From the NCBI RefSeq assembly GCF_009914755.1, contig NC_060935.1: a stretch of DNA of 64,000 bases, one strand, 5' to 3'. The translations under genes and the position numbers were made by a program. Of this stretch, positions 17,209 to 29,177 are shown piece by piece; the first letter of the stretch is position 1, and every line of letters begins with the position of its first letter. The stretch comes from the human T2T-CHM13v2.0 reference genome, Homo sapiens. Under the pieces are notes generated by a model. That model made no database searches. It was not told where the DNA came from and worked only from the letters and a program-made list of their open reading frames with translations.

Positions 17209-17455
17209 TCACTGAAGGACAAACTTCTAAGAAGGCTCCCTGCACTTCCTCCAAACCCAAGGCTAAAATTCAGAACTTATTGGAGAGGGTGTGGCCATTG
17301 CCCAGTGTATGGCACAGAGGCTCTAGAGGTTCTGGGGACTGGGGCACATAAGCTGGAAACTGCCCATTAGGGTATCAGTGAAACTCATTGGGAGGCTGGT
17401 GACTTCTGCAGAAAAGCACCAGAACAAAAAAGGGCAGCCCCTTCTAGTGTCTCTC

Positions 17456-17473
17456 TAGCGCCCTCTACTGACA
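17456..17473 (-). promoter_or_regulatory. Candidate CTCF site in the LTR41-like element
   Basis: Reverse complement TGTCAGTAGAGGGCGCTA matches the CTCF core. Confidence 0.6.
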
Positions 17474-17695
17474 AGATATAACATTGTGCCAGCCGGCAAA
17501 GAAGAAACGTTGACAGGGCACAGCTCCAGCATCACAAGGCAGGGAAAAGAAGGGTGGATTTGCAGCTGAGGGGCAATACATGGATACGTAGCCTGAGTAG
17601 GAACAACGGAACTTACCTTGAAGGGTTGTTTTGAGGGTTAAATGCAATATTATACAAGCACCTTTTGCCTTGTAGATGTTTATTTATGGAAGTAG

Positions 17696-18064
<369 letters not shown>

Positions 18065-18114
18065 TAAAGTACAGGCTCCTGATACTCAGTTTTCTCATCA
18101 GTTTGATAAAATAC

Positions 18115-18463
<349 letters not shown>

Positions 18464-20261
18464 TGAATTCTCAGTAACTTGTCGATCCCTGTTTCTCTTC
18501 TTCTTTGTATCCCACACACTCAGAAATCTCCTAAATGACTATGCTTCAGAAAAGCACTCGTGATTTGGATGATAGTTTTAAAACAATGAGATTCGCTTTT
18601 GCCTATCATTCTCCATGATTCAACAAATTCAGATTTATGTAAACTGTTTGGAGTGCTACTCTGTAAAAGTTTTTAAATTTTATTTTATTAGTATGCAGGT
18701 GGGATTCAGAGACTTAAGATCTTAGCCTTTATTTTCAACATCTCCCATGCATGTCAACAAAGATTATCAAACACAGGAAGTGAATAAAATACTATGTAGA
18801 CACTGACCCTCTTTATATAAAATGTGATTGATCAGGTCTGGGTTGAATGGATTGGTTCAGTTGGATTTGCAGGTGTATCTTAACTTCTCTTTCTTAGCCC
18901 TGATTCATCTAGGGTGGTCTCTGGAAAGTGCTTTTGACACTGCACAGGACTCTCAGAAACCTCTTTTCCTTTAAAAAGTAGAAGATAGTGTCAGTTTTCT
19001 GTATCTCTGAAGGAAAGGTTTAATTCAGAGAAAGGTACCCACTTTTACCTCAATTTCCTAAATTCATTTACAGAAAAGCAGCTTGGGAATTTAGGCACCA
19101 AATAGCTGTGAAAGTGTGGAGATTGAGTCCGGAGGCGTAAGTTCCGTTTGTGGAAGTCCTGTTGGCTTTGTTAGGATTGCAGCATGTACCTGCTCTTGGA
19201 TCAGCTGGTCACCCCAGAGTTTGTGCTGTCCTTTCAAGAAGGACAAGGGCAGAAAGTATGAGTGCCTCTATGGGAAATTATAAACACCGTTAGGACAAAA
19301 AGGCCCATGCCTTCCTAATGGCATGTCAGTAGCCCCTTCTTTTCACACGCAATGTAATCGTTCAGAGTAGGACTCGGGTAAGGCAGATGGGGTTTCAGAT
19401 ACAGGCTCTACTACTTAATAACCATGTACTATAGGCAAGTTATTAAACTTTCTACCTCTTCGTTTTGTCATCTGAGAAATGGGAATAGTAAGTAGTATCC
19501 ATTTCATATACTGTTGATATAATTCAGTGAAATAATTCTTGTCAGGGGTTTAGCAAATTGCACTGCACATAAATAGTACTCTTTTGCTATCATCAGGATA
19601 GTTTTGGTTTTATTGTAGCTCAAGTGAAGCGCTTCTCATCATGAAAGCCTTGTATTCTGTAACAGTAGACACAGTCCAGATTCCCTGATTCGCTTGTTTT
19701 GTTACTTTTCTATTATTTAATGTGTCCATTTTGAGGGTAGCAGGCAAATAACATTTTGGTGACTGAAGAAATACCACGCACATACTTCGTGCATCTTAAG
19801 GAACTGAGATCTTTCTTGTATCCAAACTCAAGGCTTCTGAATATCTGTCTGACCACTAGAAAATATTTTTCACTGTGTTTTTCAACAGTAGCTATTGCTT
19901 TTGACCAATATTGATTATAGTAGCTGTAGTTTACTGGACAGATACATACTATGTGTCAGATGCAGTGAGAAGCAGGTTGCATGTATTTACATCATTTAAT
20001 CCTCACATGTTCCATTAAGATTGAAAGATCGGAAACTTAGTGAAGCTAACTTTTCAAAGAGCACAGAAGAAGTAATTGATAGGACTAACATTTGAAGTTG
20101 TATTTGTCTGGTCCCTGACATACGGTTTTAACCCATTGTATTTAATATAAACCATGAAAATACTAACAATGTAAGCCCATATACAGCTGTACATTTTGTA
20201 GTGGAAGAAGTAAAGTCCCCTCAAAATTAGCACAACTTGTTCAAAGTTACATAGTAAGTGA

Positions 20262-20672
<411 letters not shown>

Positions 20673-21463
20673 TGAATATGTGTGTACCCAGTACTCCTAC
20701 ATGCTGGAGGGACATGAAAGAAAAAATAGCCTACGATCTTCTCAGGGATGTAAAACCAACAGAGGACAACAGAACCTGCAATTAAGTTCTAAATGTATAC
20801 TGTAAGGGCAGGGGCAGGAGAGGTACCCAACCGTTCTCGGGTGCTTTCACATGCTTTTTTGACTTCATCATCTTTTCAACAGTACAAAGGAGGAAATATG
20901 TAGTATTAGCATTTTCAGATGAAGAAACTGAGTTTGAGATAAGAGTACGTGGGTGACCAACAAGCAGTGCAACTCAGTTTTGGTTTCAGATCTGACTCTA
21001 GTCCAAGATCTTTCCGTGGATTAACAGAGAAGAGCCAGAAAGGCATTTCAGAAGAAGTCGGACTTGAGCCAGACAAGGAGGGAGGCTGAAATCGGGGCAT
21101 TGCCAATATACCTTTCTTTGGAGCTGGGATTCCTCTAGGTAACGGAGGCAGGGCCAGACAGCCCAGAACTATCTGCTTCCCGGATACTGTGCGGCTGCTG
21201 TTCTATCAACGGGCTGCAGACAGAAGCAATCTTGGAAAGACTTTTCATGATGAGCCTGCAGGGGCTGGCCCTCCCAGAATGAGACATTTTGCCAACAGAT
21301 GCCCAAGAAATATTAGCTCTCAGCATGAGTTCGAGCAGGATGCAGGTGACATCAATGGATTGTAATTATTATTCACCTTCAGCATGTTTTCCTATGCAGC
21401 TGCAGTGGACAGACAAAACTGTCTTTTTGGAAGATTCAAAGCATGAGAATGCATAAGCCAAAC

Positions 21464-21612
21464 ATTTGCTGTTCAGGGTGGTCCCGGAATAGCAACGTGG
21501 GCATCGCCTGGGGTTTGTTAGAAAGGCTGACTTTTGGGTGGTCCCCTAGACCTGCTCTATCAGAATCTGTGGGTGAAGAAGATTCTTAGGGGATTAAAGT
21601 TTCCCAGGCATT
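21464..21612. mobile_element. MER5A-like hAT fragment
   Basis: gtggtcc...cacctggg-like and atcagaatctg motifs. Confidence 0.55.
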
Positions 21613-22379
21613 GAGCTAACCATCATCATTGTTAGTGTTGTCAGTTTTGTGCTACATGCCTCAAGAGATGACAATGGTTCTCAAATAGTTGGGGTGTGAG
21701 GCAATTAGTTAATCGCCATGGGTCTAGAGGCAGGTGATCTGGATTCCCAGCTCTGCCTCTTTCTTGCATGGGACCTTCACTTTTCCAGGACTCAGTTTCC
21801 AGATCCACTAAACAGGTCAGTATTTAGGTGATTGTGGTGGGAATGAAATGATTGAATGTAGGCAAAATGCTTTGTAAGTCATGAATGACTTTCAAAATAT
21901 TATTAATATCGTTGCTGAATAGAATACCTCGCACTGCCAGAACTTTCCTCTGGGGGCTGTCTGAGTACTAATACTGCATTTCGGTGAATGGACAGAGAAA
22001 AAAAAAACACTTCTAAGAGGTGCAGCTTAGAATTAGAAGACCCAGACGACTCTGCTTTGCCACGAATGTAAGTGCTTTCCCTGAGTGTTACTCTTGCTGT
22101 CTGTGAGAGCCTGACCTGCGGGAGAAGCGAGCATCCTGGAAGTCTGGGAGCAGCTACACTGAAGAGGCCCTCGGCCATCTTTTCTTGCGGATTATGGTCT
22201 CAGTGCTGGCCTCCTCTCTTCCTCTACTCCCAGGCCTCGGGCCGTGAGAGAGCCGCCATCCTTTGAAGGATGCACGACTCTCTTTAGAGCCAGGCACCTG
22301 TGTTTTTATTTAGTGTCACCTCCTTGATACAGGTCGACCTAGTGGGCAGCACCTGGGAAATAATTGGTGGCAGCGAAGG

Positions 22380-23030
22380 GAGCAGAGTCTCCGGGGAACA
22401 TGGTCTTGTATTTTGTCGGATTGAGGGTGAAGAGGAAATAACCCCCCCCCCCGCAGCCCCAGCGGCTCTGTCCTCCACGCTGGCATGAATAATTGAGCGC
22501 CGGCAAGCTGACTGCACCAAAGAGTTGCATTATGTAAACCGGCAGGCGACGTGTGTGCGTGTGTGCGCGTGTGCGTGTCTGCGCGCAAGAGGGGTGCGTG
22601 TCTGAGTGTGTCTGTGCGCCTGTGCGCGTGCGTGCCTGAGCTCAGAACAGCTGTCTGTGAGGGAGTCAGAGGGAGAGAGAGAAAGGGAGCCAGGCAGAGA
22701 GAGAGAGGGACTTCTGTAAGGCGGCACGACCACACCAAATAACAGCAGCAGAGGGAGGTGGGGGAGAGGGAAATAAAGGGGAGTCATGCTTAAAATGCTA
22801 CAGCGGTGTGAAACAGCAGAGCAAAGAAGCGCCCCCAGCTTCTGAGAGCCCTGGCCCGAGTCCCCTCCCCCGTTAGAAACAGGGCTTTGGGATGGTCATG
22901 GAGGTGAGTGCCCTCCAGCCTCCTCAGGGCCCCCGCTCCCCGCCCCCGCCCCCCACTGCCCAATGCATGAATGAATGAGTTCCTCTCTGCACTGCACTCT
23001 GCTACTGTTCCTACCTAATGGCTTCCAGGT
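22380..23030 (+). promoter_or_regulatory. GRAMD1B: Internal GRAMD1B promoter / alternative first exon region with two 5' splice sites
   Basis: CpG-enriched island-like stretch with a (GT/GC)n tract, a GA-rich tract, GC boxes near 22935-22955 and a TTATGTAA motif at 22530-22537. Donors are GAG|GTGAGT (22903/22904) and CAG|GTTAGT (23028/23029). Confidence 0.7.
23018..23028 (+). CDS. GRAMD1B: Candidate coding end of alternative first exon: ATG GCT TCC AG| (MAS-S), phase 2
   Basis: Phase-2 donor matches the phase-2 acceptor at 39734, giving MASSTASNSNRS.... An in-frame upstream TGA at 22976-22978 bounds the ORF. Confidence 0.55.
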
Positions 23031-23055
23031 TAGTGCTAACTCGTGCTGACGCCTG

Positions 23056-23060
<5 letters not shown>

Positions 23061-23102
<42 letters not shown>
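23061..23102. repeat. (TG)21 microsatellite
   Basis: Perfect dinucleotide run starting 32 nt after the 23028 donor. Confidence 0.95.
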
Positions 23103-23105
<3 letters not shown>

Positions 23106-24114
23106 CTTTGTTTCCTCGTGGGATTTTTTGGAAGCGGTGGCTCTGTCCTGGGGTCAGAATGGGGCCCTGGGGGCTGTGGTGAAGACCTGTCTTTCTGGTT
23201 GTGTGCTTTTCTCATCTGACGCAGGCTGCTCAGAGCTGCCAAGAACACAAACCTTTCAAGGCAGAGTAAATCCGGAGTCCATGTTGTTTGCTTCTGTTTT
23301 CTGTTCTGGGGATCCGAAAGCAGCCAGTGTGACATCATGCTGCAGAGATGCCACCTTCTTTTCCCTCCCTAGCCTTTTCTTTTCTCCTCTATAGTAGCAC
23401 TGCTTGAGCTGAGCTCTGGATCACGGAGGGGTGGCCCTGGGGTGGGCTGGAGAGACAGGCTGGGTTGAGGGTGATGATGGTCTCCTTGTCCAGCAAGACT
23501 TAATTCAGTGCCCTCTAACTTGGAGAAAGGAGGGCAGAGGAATGAATTAGTGGCACAATGCATCATGGAGAACTGGCTGAGAGCTTCTGGGGGAGGTGTG
23601 GACAGGCCATGTGCTCCTGTTCTCCACCTGCTGGCTTCCCTCCGCAGTGCCTCCGGCGGGGGTAGGAGCTGGCCAGAGCTGTGGTCAGGAAGATATGGAC
23701 AGACACTGCTTATCCCACAGGGAGAGGGCCATGGGACAGATGGATCTGGCCAGCAGAAGGAGAGGATGAAAGGGGAAGTTGATAGCTCTCATCTCAGAGA
23801 AATAAAAGGATTTGTTTATTCTTTGGCTTAGCCAGCATTTGGCGCAGAGATTTGCCATGTATTTTGAGAAAATAGCTACCCAGTGGCTGGGCCTTACTCC
23901 CCCACACCTCCTTGCATTGTTAGTTATTTGCTTGATTTAGGAAGTAGAGGGCTGGGGGAGGACTTGGAGCTTGCTCTGTCCCCGGGGCCTCAGCCAAGAG
24001 CTCAGGCAGGGCTAGAGAAAGCCATCTTTGCCTCTTCTCTGGTACTTGCTAGCACACTGTGCTCCGGGGAGACCCCCTCGCTCCTCTACCTCCTGCCTCT
24101 CCTCCCTCTGCAGC

Positions 24115-24278
24115 TGACCTTGAATGGTGGTCATATTTCTAGCCTTTGCCTTGGATAGCACTCGGCAGGTTAGAGAAGTTTGGAACCAAGATGAAAAAAG
24201 CTGGCCTTGGAAGAAGGGTAAGGGAAAGGGATGATTTTGGGAGCCACCCGGAGCAGGAGATTGATAATGTCAAGGCCA
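24115..24278. promoter_or_regulatory. Cluster of three NR5A (SF-1/LRH-1)/ERR-type sites
   Basis: TGACCTTGA at 24115-24123, TGGCCTTGG at 24202-24210 and TCAAGGCCA at 24270-24278. Confidence 0.5.
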
Positions 24279-24435
24279 TGATTAAAAAGTAGTGCCCCGT
24301 GAGGATTGGGGGTGGGTAGGGAGTGGAGAATCAGCTAGTCCGGTTACCTCTGTAGGCATTTAAGCAACTGCAAAACAATCACTTGTGGAAAGAATGAAGG
24401 AATAAAAGCTGTCATCACCTAGAAGAAAAACTCCT

Positions 24436-24572
24436 GGCTGGGTGTGCTGGCTCATGCCTGTAATCCCAGCACTTCGGGATCTGAGGTGGGAGGATCGCTT
24501 GAGCCTAGGAGTTCAAGACCAGCCTGGGCAACATCGCGAGACCCTGCCTCTATTTAATAATAATTTTTTTAA
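24436..24572 (+). mobile_element. Alu left monomer (FLAM_C-like)
   Basis: Single left arm ending in an A-rich tract. Confidence 0.8.
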
Positions 24573-24732
24573 AAGCCTAAGACTAAACACCTCCCACACC
24601 CCCTCCCTGCTTCTCTCTTTTCTGGCCCTACAAATTTCTTCTGCTGACAGGAGCAAGCCTGCAGCCCTTTCTCCCAATGGTTGGGACGCAGGCACCCTCC
24701 CCTTGACCTTTTCAAGGTCTTTTCTGTTTAGA

Positions 24733-24991
24733 CCAGAGGCCAGCAGACTGTTTTGGTACAGGGCCAGACAGTCAATACTGGAGGCCTTGTGGGCCGGGCT
24801 GTCTCAGCTACTCAATTCTGCTTTGCACAGTAGAAGCAGTCGTGGACAATTTATGAACGAACGAGCATGGCTGTGTTCCCAATAAAACTTTATTTATGGA
24901 CTCTGAAATGTGGATTTCCTATGATTTTCACATGTCACAAAATATTCTCCAGATGTTTTTCAGCCACTTAAAAATGCAAACACTATTCTTG
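24733..24991. mobile_element. MER58B-like hAT fragment
   Basis: gggccagacagtcaata...gcatggctgtgttcccaataaaactttatttatggac pattern. Confidence 0.7.
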
Positions 24992-25802
24992 CGTCCAGAT
25001 AACAGACTCTTAAGGTCTGTAGTTTTGCATCTGGCCTAGAGATCCTCATATAAACACTCAGAATTTTAGTGTAACCTGAGTTGGGGTAAAATTGTTCATC
25101 CTTCTGCCGAAACTTGGATTTGTCTCATTGGGGGAAGTGGTGGGGGTGTTTGCTTCTTGGAGGGATATGCACCCCCACTTAGCCTACAGGAGAAGGTTGA
25201 AGCACTATACCCAGAGACTCCTAAAGGAACAGTGAGCAATTTCTTGATTCTTTTGATTCAGAAAATGACTGAAAATATATGTTTGCATTGTGATTCCCAA
25301 AGCAGGTGAAGTGATGATTCTGCTCTATTCTGAGCGGCTCAGGCCACTTCTCTGCAGTATTACAACTCTGTCTGGGCTTCACAGTTAAGAAAGTTGAGAT
25401 CACCCGGACTCCGTTCAGAGGAGAAGGAGCCCAGTCGCTGGCTGAGGGAGCCATCGCCATGTTAATGTGAGAGTCCAGCAGGTGCCGAGAAGGCATGAGA
25501 GCCACGTGAAAATGTCACGTGGAGGAGAAATTAGATTTGTTCTATGGCTCACAAGGGAGTAGGATAGGACCTCTGGTAGGAAGCCACAGGAAACAGTTTG
25601 AGCTTAAAATAAAAACTATCAGAGCTGTCCCAAGGTGCAATGAGTTACACATCAATTAGTGACTGGCCCTTGAGAGGTAAAGATTGGGTGGGGATGTTGT
25701 AGGAGAAGTGATTTTTAACTTCAGAGAATAGGTTTAAGGAAGTAGAATTGTTTCACTCAAAGAAAGGAGGATAGGAACAGAGGGAGGGATTATAACTGAT
25801 GA

Positions 25803-26120
<318 letters not shown>

Positions 26121-27404
26121 TTTTCTTTTTAAAATCATAAATAACTTCCTGATGATAGCAGGAGACAATGAGAAGGGTGGCAAGGGAAAGCCCTGGGATT
26201 TCGTACCCTGAATGTATTTTAAATTAGACTAAAGCCTCTCTTGGTTGACGGGCATCTGATTGAAGCCAGCAGCGGGACCGACCTCTTACAGTTTTCTCTA
26301 TTCTAAAATTTCTGACTTTAACATGTGGTCATTCTTCGGTATGCTTCGATTTGAGTTATAGCAGGAAAATAAATCAGAACCAGGTTTGAATCCCAGCGGT
26401 CAGGCAGCCATCCTGGTAGGCCAGTGAGGTCAGGGGAGGAGCGATATGAGGGGCAGGACATGTGGCGTGTCACAACTTCTCCCCCACCTGCACAGCCTTA
26501 GTCTGACTGCCTCTTGAGGAACATTGACCTGACAGTACCATAGCAACCTCTGGCACTGAGGTGATGTGTCCCTGGCCAGAGAAAAGGCTGGTGATGCTGA
26601 GTTAACTGTGGGCCCAGACTGCCTGGATTTTGTTTCTGGATGCTTTGCCTAATTTAGATCTGAATCCTTCTGTCTCAGAGATGCTACTGCTCTCAGTACT
26701 TCATAGTGTATTCTTTATATGTTCTTTGTCATCCTCCTCCATGTCCTCATGGGGGTTAGACAGCATCCACTCTAGTTCTTGCATAATAAAAGCGGAAGCT
26801 CAGAGAGGAGTAGTTTGTCCCCAGATCAGACATGAGGAAGGCCTGAGTCAGGAAGGCCACCTAACTCCTGGGGGCTATTCCTCAGTTTCCTGACCTGTCT
26901 CCCTTGACGAGCGGTGATGGGAGATACTGTAAGGTGTTAGTTCATTACATGTCTGTCTCTCCCATCAGACTGTGAGTTTCTTAGAGTCAGGGACAGTATC
27001 CCCAATGCCTAAACCTTTACCTGGCATGGGCATAGAACATGGTCCTCACCAACTGTTTGATGGGTGGATGGATGGATCCTGCAGGAATTCCTTTTGGTTT
27101 TAGTAGCAGCATTTCTCTTGCTGAGGATGGGGGAGGGGTCCTTGATGAGCAAACACAGGAGAAGCTGGAAGTTCTATTCAGTTGAACTCCTTGCCTTGTT
27201 CCAGTGGTCTTTGCCTCCCAGTGGATTGGAAATCTCTTTTGAGGAAGGGGCTTCCTGGGAGAGTTTAGCGCCTTTCTGCTTTCACAAGGTTCTATTCCCT
27301 TGAACATTTAGGCTTCTGAAATACTTTGGGTGGGATTGTACTTAAGAGTTGACTGAGATTGTTAGAGGCAAGTTTATTATATACTTTTATTAATGTAATT
27401 TCAT

Positions 27405-27706
27405 ATTTTATTTTATTTTGAGAAAGGATCTCACTCTGTTGACTAGGCTGAAGTGTAGTGGTGTGACCATAGCTTACTGCAACCTCGAATTCCTGGTCTC
27501 AGGTGATCTTCCTGCCCCAACCCCTGAACAGCTGGGACTACAGGCATCTGCCAGCACGCCTGGCTAATTCTTTTTTTTTTTTTTTTTTTAGGGATGAGGT
27601 CTTGCTATGTTGCCCAGCCTGGCCTCAAAGTCCTGGCCTCAAGCAATCTTCCCACCTCGGCCTCCCGAAGTGCTGGGATTACAGGCATGAGCCACTGCAA
27701 CTGGCC
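27405..27706 (-). mobile_element. Alu (J-type)
   Basis: Diverged antisense Alu. Confidence 0.87.
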
Positions 27707-28852
27707 ATAGAGGCAATTTTAAAAGTATTAAGTTCTTACTGTGTGCCCAATATCACATTTAATATCATGTGGATACAAACAACCATGACACTGTTGCTGT
27801 CCTATTGGGCCCTCAGGATGAGTATGTAATACAAAGTTAGAGGTGCTCCAAAGATTCTTGCTTAATGACATTGAATCAGCAAGGTTAGGTTAATTTCTAA
27901 AGACTATTAAAATCAAAGAGGTTTGGACAGATAATGATCGCTGAGACTCATGGAGGAATGAGGACTGTGGCACGTAAGAGTGCCATTAACATGTAAGCAG
28001 CTGGCCAGTGGGAGCTCTGTCAGTGGAGATCTGAAGCAGAGGCCTGATGGCTGTTGTCAGGGCCATTGCAGAGGGAGCCCTGCACCCAGTGGGAGGATGG
28101 ATTACATGACCACTATGCGCTCCTTCCAAACTACAGACTATTGTAGATCAGCTCAGCCAACACCCAGCCTGTGAACCCAGCAGGACTGTCCCCTAAATGT
28201 TAGGCGTTTGTTCTGTTGTGAACAATCTCAGGAAAAGGAAATTATACAACACCAGTAAGTTCTTATGTTTGATTTTAGTATCTTCTGCTTTATCTTAAGT
28301 CTTTATTGTCCCAGCCCTGTGGATGTAGGAACTAGCTGAATATATGCCTAGCCACAATCTGTACTCTCATCCCGTGTCTTTGCCATGTGGAAAGGACTGA
28401 ATTTAGGAACAGGATTCAGTTTCTTAACTGGGAATTCACATTCCACTGCTAATCCTGTTTCACTCCATGAGCAATTATAGGAAGCTCTTTACTTTTGGGA
28501 TGCATGGTCTAATTAGGTTTATTCTTTAAAGGATTCTCACTCCAGGAAAATAGGTTGTGATCGTGCAACAGACTAAAAACACAGGTGCACAGAAAGAAAA
28601 AGTGATTTTCTCAAGGGCACCAATCAGCTCAGGATTTTAAAATCAGGTACCCTGATGTCTAGACAGAGTGATAAGGCTAGCAGAGAGTCTGGAAGTGATG
28701 TCATATTTTAGTTTTCATGGACCCAAGAGCTAGAAAAAGGACTTAAAGGCTGGCCTTTTTAAAAAGGCAGATTTGGGGCCAGCTTTAGAAAGACATGTCT
28801 ATCAGAGTGGCTGGACGATGGAATGAATGGCTTTAAGAAGATCCCACTTTTT

Positions 28853-29177
<325 letters not shown>

